From Abditibacteriaceae bacterium (GTDB lineage: Bacteria > Armatimonadota > Abditibacteriia > Abditibacteriales > Abditibacteriaceae), in assembly GCA_031372065.1 (NCBI GenBank), contig JANMKN010000008.1:13117-77116 (forward strand): a stretch of 64,000 nucleotides of DNA, read 5' to 3'. Numbering within the stretch: the first letter of the stretch is position 1; each line of letters starts with the position of its first letter. Of the stretch, positions 38,867 through 48,469 are shown in pieces. The notes under the pieces were generated by a model. It made no database searches and was not told the DNA's origin. It was given only the letters and a program-made list of their open reading frames with translations. Position numbers and translations under genes: made by a program.

Positions 38867-40627
38867 ATGGCAAATCCCATTCTCATTCGCGAAGTGCGCG
38901 GACGCTGGCGGCGTCCGATTAGTTATATCATTTTGTTTTTTTACGGCGTGATTTTGGCGTCGCTGATGGGTTTCGTTTATGCCAGCAACGTAAATGGCGT
39001 GAATTTATCCGATGATGGCGCAGGCAATCTATTAGGACGCAGATTATTCAGCGGCTTTTTAGGTCTGCAAACCGGCGTGTGGATGCTGCTCGCTGCGGCC
39101 TTGACAGCGCCTTCGATTGCGGGCGAACGCGAACGGGGATTATTGCAAGGAATTCTGCTTTCGCCCGTCACGCCCGGCGCCATTGTGCGCGGCAAATTGG
39201 CTTCGGGACTGGGATTTATCGGCTTGCTTTTGCTGGTGCCGATGCCCATTACATCGCTGTGTTTCACGCTCGGCGGCTTGGCGCCATGGGAATTTTTGAT
39301 TTCGTTTTTGCTGCTTGGCAGCACGGCGCTGTCGGGCGCTTGTCTGGGCCTTGCGGCATCCGCTTGCAACAAGCGCAGCGATACAGCACTTATCACCTCA
39401 TTCGCGATTACGCTCACGCTCAGTTGGCCGCCGGTGCTGGTAGCGCTGACGTTTAATCAAGGCTTTTTCGCGGCAGGTGCCCTGATGTGCCTCATTTATC
39501 AGGCGATTTTAACGGCGGCGGCATTAGGCGTCGCTTCCGATGCGCTCAACAACATTTTGCCCGAACGCGAAGGCGAAATGAATTACCAACTCAACTCGTT
39601 CGATCAGTTTGGTTTCGGCACGCCGGATAAAACTATCAACAGCATCGTTTTGGGCCGCGAGGACGATTTATCGTATGATCGCGCGGCGCTTTATGAGTAT
39701 CAAACGCCACCGCTCATCCATAATGGCGCGCAAGCTGAAAAAACGACCTTTGCCGCCAAATCAAACGCCGTAAAACCGGCCAAAACGTGGAAAGACACGC
39801 CGTTATCGGCGCTTATCAACTTCCAAAACCCGGTTATGCAGCGCGAAGTGCGCGCCCGCTTGCGACGACGCGCGCCTGAAGATTCGGGCAATACCTACGA
39901 ATATCAAGGCGTGGATTACGTTGTTTTTATCGTTTTCCTCACGCTGACGCTGGGTTTAATCGCTTATTTGTCTGGTTCGGGGCCGACGTTGGGCGTTCTG
40001 TGGCTCTTGGGCGCGTTGGTAATTTCGTCCGTGAATGGTGCTTTGACTTTTGTGCGCGAACGCGAACAGCAAACTTTGCAGCCTTTGCTTTTGACGATGC
40101 TGTCGCCGGGAGAAGTTTTGCTGGGCAAAATGGGCGCGGCGTGTTTTATGGGCGCCCTTTATAGCGCGCCGTTTTTGCCGCTGGTTTTACTGAGCGCCAC
40201 CAGCAATTTGTTGTTAGTGCCTCTGATTCTTTTGTTGGGAACCGGCGCCATTTGGCTCGGCGCGGCGATTGGCCTGAGTCTTTCGTGGCTTTGCCGACAA
40301 GCGGGCGTCGCGGTGGCTGGCGCATTTGCGGCAGCCGTCACTACTTTTGCGGCTTCATGGAATCTGACCGCTTATTGGTTCACACACGGTGTGGCGCTGC
40401 CTCTGACTATCAATCTGACGCCCGCGCCGGTTTCACCAGTGAACCAATCAATGGTTACGCCGCCTGCTTCTCCAGAAATTTTCTATTATACGCTGCCCAT
40501 TGCCAGTTTTTGGATTGTTGGCGGCGCTTTGCTGCTTTTGATATTGCGGGTGCAACTCAGCCCCAAGGCGATGGAAAAAGATGGCACTTCGATTTGGAAC
40601 CGCGACCTGACCAAAGAATACACTTGA
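38867..40627 (+). CDS. ABC-2 type permease, two tandem permease domains
   Basis: NPILIREVRGRWR / NPVMQREVRARLR and GERERGLL / REREQQTL motifs; ARGK-type segments. Confidence 0.85.
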   Translation: MANPILIREVRGRWRRPISYIILFFYGVILASLMGFVYASNVNGVNLSDDGAGNLLGRRLFSGFLGLQTGVWMLLAAALTAPSIAGERERGLLQGILLSPVTPGAIVRGKLASGLGFIGLLLLVPMPITSLCFTLGGLAPWEFLISFLLLGSTALSGACLGLAASACNKRSDTALITSFAITLTLSWPPVLVALTFNQGFFAAGALMCLIYQAILTAAALGVASDALNNILPEREGEMNYQLNSFDQFGFGTPDKTINSIVLGREDDLSYDRAALYEYQTPPLIHNGAQAEKTTFAAKSNAVKPAKTWKDTPLSALINFQNPVMQREVRARLRRRAPEDSGNTYEYQGVDYVVFIVFLTLTLGLIAYLSGSGPTLGVLWLLGALVISSVNGALTFVREREQQTLQPLLLTMLSPGEVLLGKMGAACFMGALYSAPFLPLVLLSATSNLLLVPLILLLGTGAIWLGAAIGLSLSWLCRQAGVAVAGAFAAAVTTFAASWNLTAYWFTHGVALPLTINLTPAPVSPVNQSMVTPPASPEIFYYTLPIASFWIVGGALLLLILRVQLSPKAMEKDGTSIWNRDLTKEYT

Positions 40628-40629
40628 GG

Positions 40630-40797
40630 CGCCGCAACCTTAATTCTGTCCGCCGGAACCTTAATTTTACTGGCAGGAACGTTAATTCTGTTCACCGGAA
40701 CCCTAATTCTGTCCGCCGGAACCTTAATTGTATTGAAAATAACCTTGGCAGAGCCGAACATAACCTTAATTGGCCGAAAACTCGCCTCAATAATGTA
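40630..40797. repeat. 21-bp tandem array (about eight units, degenerating toward the 3' end)
   Basis: Consensus CGCCGGAACCTTAATTCTGTC; units at 40630, 40651, 40672, 40693, 40714, 40735, 40756 and 40777. Confidence 0.9.
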
Positions 40798-40858
40798 GCA
40801 TCAGCATCGCGCAACCGCGCCCTAACGAAAGAATACACTTAGTCCGTTCGAGCATTCT

Positions 40859-42679
40859 ATGGAATTCAATCCCATTCTCACACGCGAATCGCGGGCGCGC
40901 TGGCGGCGACAGGCCTTTTTGCTGCTGTTTTTCGGCGTGACGATTTTCGCGGCCATCGTGTATTTCTGCTACAAAGAAAGCACGACAACGTGGGAATACT
41001 CGCCGAACGGCAATTATAGTCAGGTAACAAAGGAAGCCAGTGCCGTCGGGCCGGTGCTATTTCAGCAGTTGAGCGTGTTTCACGTGGTCGGTTGGATGCT
41101 GTTGGCGCCGCTTTTGACGGCCACGGCAATTGCTGCGGAGCGCGAACAGGGCCTGCTCGAAGCCTTGCAACTCTCTCAACTCACAGCGGGCGCCATTGTG
41201 CGCGGCAAATTATATTCAGCGCTGACTTTTGCTGGTTTAATCGTTCTGGCGTTGCTGCCGATTATCGCCATTTGCTTTCTATTGGGCGGCGTTTCGCCCG
41301 GCGAATTTTCGGGCGCCGCTTTGCAAACATTTGTCGCGGCGCTGTTGGGCATTTCCCTTGGATTGTGGGTTTCATCGCGCTGTCGCCGCGCTGTGCAAGC
41401 GGTCACCAATACCGTCGGATTGGCGATAATTTGGGGTTTTGGCACATGGCTCAGTCTTGTCCTGACGACGGTTTGGCCTTCCAACTGGATTGATTTACGG
41501 GAGGGTTTGGTCTGGCTGAGTTTGCTCAATCCGGGCCTAACGATGGCATCATGGCTGAACATTGATGCCAGTTTGCTGCCTTCTTATGGCTGGACGCCTT
41601 TGGAACCGTGGCTCTGGGGCTGCCTGATGCAATTTGCGCTCAGTTTGTTGTTGCTGTGGATGAGCGCCCGTTCTATACGCAAACCATTTGATGAACAATA
41701 TTGGGTCGAAATCGGCGCGGGCACCGATGTAAAAGATTTAACCGACGCCAATGTGCGCAAGGAAATCAAAACCGGGCACAAAACGAAAACGCACGTTCCG
41801 CGCGGGCGCTGGGAATTGCCAATTGTGAAATATATCAATCTGGCGAATCCGATTTTGCAACGCGATTTGCGCGCGAAATTCATTTTTCGCCGCGCCAAAT
41901 TGGGCAATTTAATATCGAGCCTTATCGCTGGCATTCTGGCCGTCGGGTTTTATGGCTGGTTGCTGTGGCTGAGTTATACCGACCCCAAAACCATCGGCAT
42001 CATCTGGCCTGCTTCAGCGGGCGGCTTGCTGTTAATTATGATTTTGGTGCCTGCGCTGATTGGCGCCAATGCCTTCACGCGCGAACGCGAAGCCGGAACA
42101 TGGGAAGGCATTCGCCTTTCGCTGCTTTCGCCGTCGGAAATTATTATCGGCAAGCAAATCGGCGCTTTTTCCATCGCGCCTTTGGTTTCTCTGGCTTTGG
42201 TGCCGTTTATTTATCCGTGTTTTGTGGCGATGGCAGCCCCAAAACCGGAATATGCCTACTATCCTGTTCCTCCGACAACATGGCAGATCTCTTTTACCTT
42301 TGTTCTGCTGAACGCCACCGCGTGGGCAAGCGCTGCGTGGGGCTTGCGCGTTTCGTGGGCTTCACGCAAAGCCGCCAGCGCGACGGGTTGGACATTAGGT
42401 TCGCTTTTTATGGCGCTGGTGGTTGCTCCTATTTTGTTCGCTTGGCTTTTGGACAGCGTGTTGAGGTATCGAGGCCAAGATGATATGTTAGAGCTTCTCA
42501 TGGCTCTACATCCTTATGGCGCCTTCGCTTTCTTATTCACCGACAATTACAACAACGATTTGCCTGTCCGACTTTTCAAAGTCGCAAGCGGCATCTTTTT
42601 CCTTGTTGTCTTCGGCTGCGTGATGCTTGCCGTTTTGCACGAAAGAATGCGCACTAACGCTGATAAAGATGACCGTTAA
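40859..42679 (+). CDS. ABC-2 type permease, two tandem permease domains
   Basis: NPILTRESRARWR / NPILQRDLR; AEREQGLLE / REREAGTWE. Confidence 0.85.
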   Translation: MEFNPILTRESRARWRRQAFLLLFFGVTIFAAIVYFCYKESTTTWEYSPNGNYSQVTKEASAVGPVLFQQLSVFHVVGWMLLAPLLTATAIAAEREQGLLEALQLSQLTAGAIVRGKLYSALTFAGLIVLALLPIIAICFLLGGVSPGEFSGAALQTFVAALLGISLGLWVSSRCRRAVQAVTNTVGLAIIWGFGTWLSLVLTTVWPSNWIDLREGLVWLSLLNPGLTMASWLNIDASLLPSYGWTPLEPWLWGCLMQFALSLLLLWMSARSIRKPFDEQYWVEIGAGTDVKDLTDANVRKEIKTGHKTKTHVPRGRWELPIVKYINLANPILQRDLRAKFIFRRAKLGNLISSLIAGILAVGFYGWLLWLSYTDPKTIGIIWPASAGGLLLIMILVPALIGANAFTREREAGTWEGIRLSLLSPSEIIIGKQIGAFSIAPLVSLALVPFIYPCFVAMAAPKPEYAYYPVPPTTWQISFTFVLLNATAWASAAWGLRVSWASRKAASATGWTLGSLFMALVVAPILFAWLLDSVLRYRGQDDMLELLMALHPYGAFAFLFTDNYNNDLPVRLFKVASGIFFLVVFGCVMLAVLHERMRTNADKDDR

Positions 42680-44465
42680 ACCACGCGCCCATCAAGGCGC
42701 ACGGCGGATTGATTCGTTGATTATTAATCCGATTTTGCAACGCGAATGGCGCGTGCGCTGGCGCGATGGCCGTGCCTTGTGGCTTTTAGGCGGCCTCGCG
42801 CTCATCCTCAACGGCGGGGCGCTGTTGGGATTAACTCGTCCCTTCAATTTAAATGAAGAATTCGCCACGCGTAGCCATGCCGTCTTTGCGCACTTGATGG
42901 TGCTGCAAACCTTGCTCGCGCTCTTGCTGGCGCCCGCTTTGACGGCCACTTCCCTTGCTCTCGAACGCGAACGCGGCTTGCTTGAAGCCTTGCACTTGAC
43001 CGCACTCAGTCCTCGGCAAATCATCGCGGGCAAATGGAGTGGCGCCCTACTGTTTTCCTTTATTTTGTGGCTGATGCCGTTGCCAGCGATTTCGCCGTGT
43101 TTGGCTTGGGGCGGCATCGAAGCGGGCGAGTGGCGCGATGCTCTCATGCTGCAAATGGCGTCTTTGGGCGCGGGCGCGGCCATTGGCATTTGCTGCTCGG
43201 CTTGGAGCAGCCGCGCCGCCATCGCCTTGCGCATCAGCTATGGCATCACTTTATTTTGGGGCTTGTCCGGTTTTGTCGCTTTCATTTCTTTGCGCTGGCC
43301 GCGCTGGAATCCTGTTTTACGCGAAATATTGACGGTCTTTGTGCAAATCAACCCGCCGCTGGTGACACTTTCGCTCAACGATTTGACTTTGCAAAGTAGC
43401 TTGCATTTGGCGGCGCAGCGACTGTTTCTTTCCGCTTTCAATCTTTGCACCGTTTTTGAAATTGTTTTAACGATTTGCCTGCTGATGTTGGCAACTTTGG
43501 CCGTGCGAGGACCGTTGGATGCTGCCGAATGGTGGGAATTGCGTCGCAAACCGCAATTGGAAGCGCCCACTTCGCCCGCACTACGCGATGCAGCGCCGAC
43601 ACATTTTGTCGAGCGCCTGACGACATTTTCCAATCCGGTTTTGATGCACGAAACGCGCGGCAAACTGCGAATGCGCCAGCCGCCAAAAGCGGTTATCGTG
43701 ATCGAATTGTTGATGGCTTTAGGCGTGGGCACGATTTACGTTTCGCTGTTGTTCGCCGCGTGGTTTCAGCCGACAGGTTCGTTTTTGAGTCACTTTTTGG
43801 CCGGGGCGAGCGGCTTTGAACTGGGCCTGCGCGAAACCATTTGGCGCGTTCTGCCGTGGGTCGCGTTTTTGGTGATGGTTCCGGCGGGCGCCTTAATGGG
43901 CGCCACGGCTATCGTGCGCGAACGCGAAAGCGGCGCGTGGGAATCGCTAAGGCTATCGTTGCTCACACCCGGCGAAATTCTGTGGGGCAAAATCGGCGGC
44001 GCGCTGTGGATTTGCGCTATTTTTGCGCTGCCCTTGTGGCCGCTATTGTTGCCCGGCGTGCAATCTGTGGAATATCAACATTTTCTCGGCGATGTCAGCG
44101 ACACACGCAATGGCGTGCCGCTAACGTTGGCACTCAGCGAAATTTCGATTTTGATTTCCACCGTTTTTGGCGCGACAACTTGGGGAATGTGGCTGGCTTG
44201 GCCGTGCCGACGCAGCGAAATCGCGGGCGGACGCGTGCTGGCAATTTTGGTCTTGCTGCTGGGCGCGGTGCCGCTGTTTTCGTCGCGGGCCGCGTTTTTG
44301 CATTTGTCGCTGTGGCATCCCGGCTGGGTGCTGTGGACACTGGAACAAGATTATCGCACCGAGCCTTTGGGCAGCCGCGTCGCGCCCGTGGTTTTGTTGT
44401 GGATAGTTCTCGGTTTGGTTTGCTGGATGGCTTGTTGGTGGCGCCTGAAACGCGAAATGCGATAG
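42669..44465 (+). CDS. ABC-2 type permease, two tandem permease domains
   Basis: NPILQREWRVRWR / NPVLMHETRGKLR; ERERGLLE / RERESGAWE. Start uncertain. Confidence 0.85.
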   Translation: MTVKPRAHQGARRIDSLIINPILQREWRVRWRDGRALWLLGGLALILNGGALLGLTRPFNLNEEFATRSHAVFAHLMVLQTLLALLLAPALTATSLALERERGLLEALHLTALSPRQIIAGKWSGALLFSFILWLMPLPAISPCLAWGGIEAGEWRDALMLQMASLGAGAAIGICCSAWSSRAAIALRISYGITLFWGLSGFVAFISLRWPRWNPVLREILTVFVQINPPLVTLSLNDLTLQSSLHLAAQRLFLSAFNLCTVFEIVLTICLLMLATLAVRGPLDAAEWWELRRKPQLEAPTSPALRDAAPTHFVERLTTFSNPVLMHETRGKLRMRQPPKAVIVIELLMALGVGTIYVSLLFAAWFQPTGSFLSHFLAGASGFELGLRETIWRVLPWVAFLVMVPAGALMGATAIVRERESGAWESLRLSLLTPGEILWGKIGGALWICAIFALPLWPLLLPGVQSVEYQHFLGDVSDTRNGVPLTLALSEISILISTVFGATTWGMWLAWPCRRSEIAGGRVLAILVLLLGAVPLFSSRAAFLHLSLWHPGWVLWTLEQDYRTEPLGSRVAPVVLLWIVLGLVCWMACWWRLKREMR

Positions 44466-44489
44466 CACCAATCGTCGTCAATTGAAATT

Positions 44490-45305
44490 ATGCCCGCTTT
44501 AAAAAACGTTGCTTTTCAGCTTTTTCTTCGTTCTGGCCTTGTTCCTGTGCGCGATGTTTTGGCGGCGCGGCGTGGCAAAGCGCGGGCGGTAATTCTTTGC
44601 TATCACCGCATCGGTGAAGCCGATGTTTTGACCACTACGCCGCATAATTTTCAGCGCGATTTAGAGTATTTGAAAACGCATTTTCAATGTCTTGCGTTGG
44701 CCGATTTATGCGCCCGCTTAAAAAATGGCCGCTTGGACGCGCCTTCGCTGGCCATCACCTTCGATGATGGCTACCGCGATAATTTCACGCACGCCGTTCC
44801 GCTTTTGAAAGCCGCAGATATTCCAGCCACGTTTTTTGTTTCGACGGGCTTTATGAACACGGAGCGCGTTTTCGCGCACGACGAACATGAACCACGCGAT
44901 TTTCCGAAAATGACGTGGGATGATTTGCGCGCCATGCAAAACGATGGCTTTGAAATCGGCTCTCACACCGTCAATCACGCCGATATGGGTGCGATTTCGC
45001 AAGAAAAGCTGGAAACGGAATTGCAGGAGTCACTGGCCGCGCTGAACCATGCTTTGGGCGAAAGGCCGCGTGCTTTTGCCTTTCCCTATGGCAAACCGCG
45101 TAATGTGCCGGTGCGGGCCATCGGCGCGGCGCGGCGCGCGGGTTATTACGCGGCGTTTTCGGCTTATGGCGGCGATAATCAGCCGGGCGCCGATTTATTT
45201 CGCTTGCGCCGCGTGGATGCGGGCAACGGTTTGATGAATCATACGGCGTGGCAGGCGCGAATCGCTGGATGCGACCCGGATTTTTGGCGATACACACGAA
45301 AATAA
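44490..45305 (+). CDS. Polysaccharide deacetylase (CE4)
   Basis: YHRI, ITFDDGY, GSHTVNH, FAFPYG. Confidence 0.92.
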   Translation: MPALKNVAFQLFLRSGLVPVRDVLAARRGKARAVILCYHRIGEADVLTTTPHNFQRDLEYLKTHFQCLALADLCARLKNGRLDAPSLAITFDDGYRDNFTHAVPLLKAADIPATFFVSTGFMNTERVFAHDEHEPRDFPKMTWDDLRAMQNDGFEIGSHTVNHADMGAISQEKLETELQESLAALNHALGERPRAFAFPYGKPRNVPVRAIGAARRAGYYAAFSAYGGDNQPGADLFRLRRVDAGNGLMNHTAWQARIAGCDPDFWRYTRK

Positions 45306-45319
45306 CAGCATAAAATATT

Positions 45320-46444
45320 ATGAGGGGGATAGAAAAAATTACAACGCGCGAAGCATTCCAAGCCCTCGCGCCCGAATGGAACAGCCTATTGGAGCGTAGT
45401 GCTGCCAACACTATCGCGCTGACGCATGAATGGCTGACGACTTGGTGGGATGTCTTTGGCAAAGGTCGCGAACTATGTATTCTTTTGGTGCGCGATGGAG
45501 CGAATTTAATAGGCATCGCGCCACTGCTAAAACGACGTGTTTCATCCATTGGCCTCGGCGTGACGCGGCTGGAGTTTTTGGCTTCGGGCGAAGACGAAGC
45601 CGACGAAATCTGCTCCGATTATCTGGATTTTATTTTCGAGCGCGGACGCGAAAGCGATGCGCTCACTGGAATTTGCCATTATCTGCGCGAAGTCGAAACC
45701 GATTGGGACGAATGGCTGCTCACAGAACTCATCGAAACTTCGCCGACGGTGGCTTTACTCGTCACACAATGCGCCAACCATAGCATCAAATGCGAAGTTT
45801 CGAGCATCGGCGAGGCGGTTTATTTGCCGTTGGAACAAGATTGGAACACTTTAGTGGATAGGATGCCACGCAAACTACGCTATCAAATTCGTCAGGATGC
45901 AAAGGCGGCGGAGTTGGGCGGTTACACCTTGAAAATTGTAGAAGATGCCGCTGGTTTTGAAGACGCGTTTCAAGAGTTCATTGCTTTGCATGAAAGTTCA
46001 TGGCTGGCTCGCGGCTCGTCCGGTGTGTTTGTCAGCGAAATTTTCACGCGTTTTCATCGCGAATTGGCCAAAAAACTGTTGCTCCAAGGGCGAATTCGTT
46101 TTTATCTTTTGCAAGACGAGAACCAATTTCACGCGGGTTTACACGTTTTTATCTACGACAACAAAGCGTATTTTTATCAAAGTGGTTTCGCTTCCACAGG
46201 CCCGGTGCGCTCGCCCGGCACGCTGGTTCGCAACATGGCGATTCGCCACGCCATGAGTTCGGGCCTACGCGAATGGGATTTCCTGAAAGCCGAGCCAAAC
46301 AGCTACAAATATCGCTGGAGCAATCACAAACGCCAATTAGTGCAGATTCGCGTCGCCAAACCGCAGGCCAAAGAAACAGTGCGCGCTTCCGCCACCTTTG
46401 TTTTCAATGAGTTGCGCAAAGTCAAACTCGCCTTAAAAAGATGA
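45320..46444 (+). CDS. GNAT N-acetyltransferase, CelD/BcsL-like
   Basis: HEWLTTWW, SDYLDF, YQSGF, SPG, YKYRW. Confidence 0.85.
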   Translation: MRGIEKITTREAFQALAPEWNSLLERSAANTIALTHEWLTTWWDVFGKGRELCILLVRDGANLIGIAPLLKRRVSSIGLGVTRLEFLASGEDEADEICSDYLDFIFERGRESDALTGICHYLREVETDWDEWLLTELIETSPTVALLVTQCANHSIKCEVSSIGEAVYLPLEQDWNTLVDRMPRKLRYQIRQDAKAAELGGYTLKIVEDAAGFEDAFQEFIALHESSWLARGSSGVFVSEIFTRFHRELAKKLLLQGRIRFYLLQDENQFHAGLHVFIYDNKAYFYQSGFASTGPVRSPGTLVRNMAIRHAMSSGLREWDFLKAEPNSYKYRWSNHKRQLVQIRVAKPQAKETVRASATFVFNELRKVKLALKR

Positions 46445-47583
46445 CGACTTCGGCCACGCAAATCATCCTTGCTCAAAACGCGGAACAATTGGCGCCCCAC
46501 ATCGCCGCGTGGGATGATTTGGCCGCTCATGCCATCGAACCCAATGTCTTCTACGAATCGTGGCATTTGCTGCCCGCTTTACGCGTTTTTGGCGAAGAAA
46601 ATTTCTATTTCGTCCTCGTTTTTGCCAAACAACACGACCAAACGTCGCTGTTATGCGGCTTTTTCCCGCTGCAAATGCGCCGTCGCTACAAAGGCGTGCC
46701 GCTGCGTGTTTTGGCATTGTGGAATCACGATTACTGTTCGCTTTGCACGCCTTTAATACGCGCCGGATTTGAAACCGAAATCCTGAACGCCTTTTTGGAT
46801 TGGTTCAACGATAATAGCGGCGCGGCTTTGTTAGAAATGGAAGAAGTCAGCGCCGACGGCTTGTTTCAGCGCTTTTGGATTGACGCCTTGCATGAGCGCG
46901 GCGCACTTGGTTTTACGGATGCACTTTACACGCGCGCCTTTTTGAAGCCATCGCCCGACAGTGCCGAAGATTACTTGCACAAGGCGCTTTCACGCAAGCG
47001 GCGCAAAGAATGGAAGCGCCTCGAAAACCGTCTCGGAGAATTGGGCTGTCTAAACTATGAAATCATCGAAGAAAGCGCGGTTTCGCAAGGCATCGAAGAG
47101 TTTCTGCAACTCGAAAGTGCCGGTTGGAAAGGCCGCGCCGGAACTGCGTTTTCTAACCAAGAAAGTCATCGCGCGTTTTTTCGCGAGATCGCACATGAAG
47201 CCGCGCGGCGCGGGCGTTTGATGCTGCTCGCTTTGAAAGTCAACGGACGCCCGATAGCGATGAAATTCAATTTATTGGCTGGCGACGGCTCATTTGCCTG
47301 CAAAATCGCTTTTGATGAAGAGTTTTCGCGCTTTTCGCCGGGCGTTTTGCTGGAATTGGACAATATCCGGCGCTTGCAGCAAAACTCAAACTTGCACTGG
47401 ATGGATTCCTGTGCGATTCCCGATCATTTTATGATAAATCGCTTGTGGACAGAGCGCCGCCTGATTCAAAATTCGGTGCTGTCGGCGGGGAAATTTTCGG
47501 GCGATTTGGTCGTTTCGTTATTGCCGCTTTTGCGCTTTGTCAAAAGACGCTTGCAACGAAAACGGAGGATACATCATCACTAA
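46441..47583 (+). CDS. GNAT N-acetyltransferase, CelD/BcsL-like
   Basis: EPNVFYE, LESAGWKGRAGTA, SPGVLLE, MDSCA. Confidence 0.85.
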   Translation: MTTSATQIILAQNAEQLAPHIAAWDDLAAHAIEPNVFYESWHLLPALRVFGEENFYFVLVFAKQHDQTSLLCGFFPLQMRRRYKGVPLRVLALWNHDYCSLCTPLIRAGFETEILNAFLDWFNDNSGAALLEMEEVSADGLFQRFWIDALHERGALGFTDALYTRAFLKPSPDSAEDYLHKALSRKRRKEWKRLENRLGELGCLNYEIIEESAVSQGIEEFLQLESAGWKGRAGTAFSNQESHRAFFREIAHEAARRGRLMLLALKVNGRPIAMKFNLLAGDGSFACKIAFDEEFSRFSPGVLLELDNIRRLQQNSNLHWMDSCAIPDHFMINRLWTERRLIQNSVLSAGKFSGDLVVSLLPLLRFVKRRLQRKRRIHHH

Positions 47584-48460
47584 TCAAATTCATCTGCGCG
47601 CCAATGATTTGATGGCATTGGAGGCCGCGATTTTCAAAGAGAAATTCAACCGCAAGCCATTTTTGGTTGGGCATAAATTAGCCGATCATCCTTTGTTTTC
47701 GCTGTCTCGCCTCATTGAATTGGCCCGTCAACTGCCCGAAGAACACGTCAAATACACTTCCGGCGATGTTTCAGTGGCGCAGGGCCTCTACAAAGGGCCG
47801 CGCACCGGATTATCCCTTGAAGACACCATGCGGCAGATTGAAGATTGCCGCTCGTGGATGGTGTTGAAATTTGTGGAAAACGATCCCGAATACCGCGCTC
47901 TTTTGCATCAATTGCTGGAAGAAATCGGCGCACAAAGCGAGCCGCTTTATCCGGGAATGCAGCGCCGCTCCGGTTTTATTTTTGTGTCGTCGCCGGGTTC
48001 GACCACGCCGTTTCACATTGATCCCGAATTCAATTTTTTGTTGCAGGTGCGAGGCTCAAAAATCTTTCATATTTGGAACGAATCAGACCGCGCGGTCTTG
48101 GCCGAACACGACCTCGAACAAAACTATGTTCAAGGCGGCGGCTATCATTTGCCGTTTCAGGAAGAATTTAATCAACGCGCGCAGGTTTTCACGCTAACTC
48201 CCAATACAGGCTTGCACGTTCCGGTCAACGCGCCGCATTGGGTCAAGGTGGAGAACGAAGTTTCGATTTCGTTTAGCATCACCTTTCACACACCGTGGAC
48301 GGAGCAACGCGAAGCGGTTTACGGCATGAACGGGCATCTACGCAAAATGAAAATCAACCCGGCACCTTTTGGCGAATCGGCCACCAGCGACGCCTTAAAA
48401 TATAATGCCATGCGCGCCTTGCGACGCGCCAAAAAACTGACCAAAAAAGATACCGATTAA
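47537..48460 (+). CDS. JmjC/cupin-like Fe(II)/2-oxoglutarate oxygenase
   Basis: TPFHIDPEFNFLLQVRGSK and PHWV facial-triad motifs. True start may be ATG 47612. Confidence 0.85.
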   Translation: MSKDACNENGGYIITNQIHLRANDLMALEAAIFKEKFNRKPFLVGHKLADHPLFSLSRLIELARQLPEEHVKYTSGDVSVAQGLYKGPRTGLSLEDTMRQIEDCRSWMVLKFVENDPEYRALLHQLLEEIGAQSEPLYPGMQRRSGFIFVSSPGSTTPFHIDPEFNFLLQVRGSKIFHIWNESDRAVLAEHDLEQNYVQGGGYHLPFQEEFNQRAQVFTLTPNTGLHVPVNAPHWVKVENEVSISFSITFHTPWTEQREAVYGMNGHLRKMKINPAPFGESATSDALKYNAMRALRRAKKLTKKDTD

Positions 48461-48469
48461 ACTCAGCGC

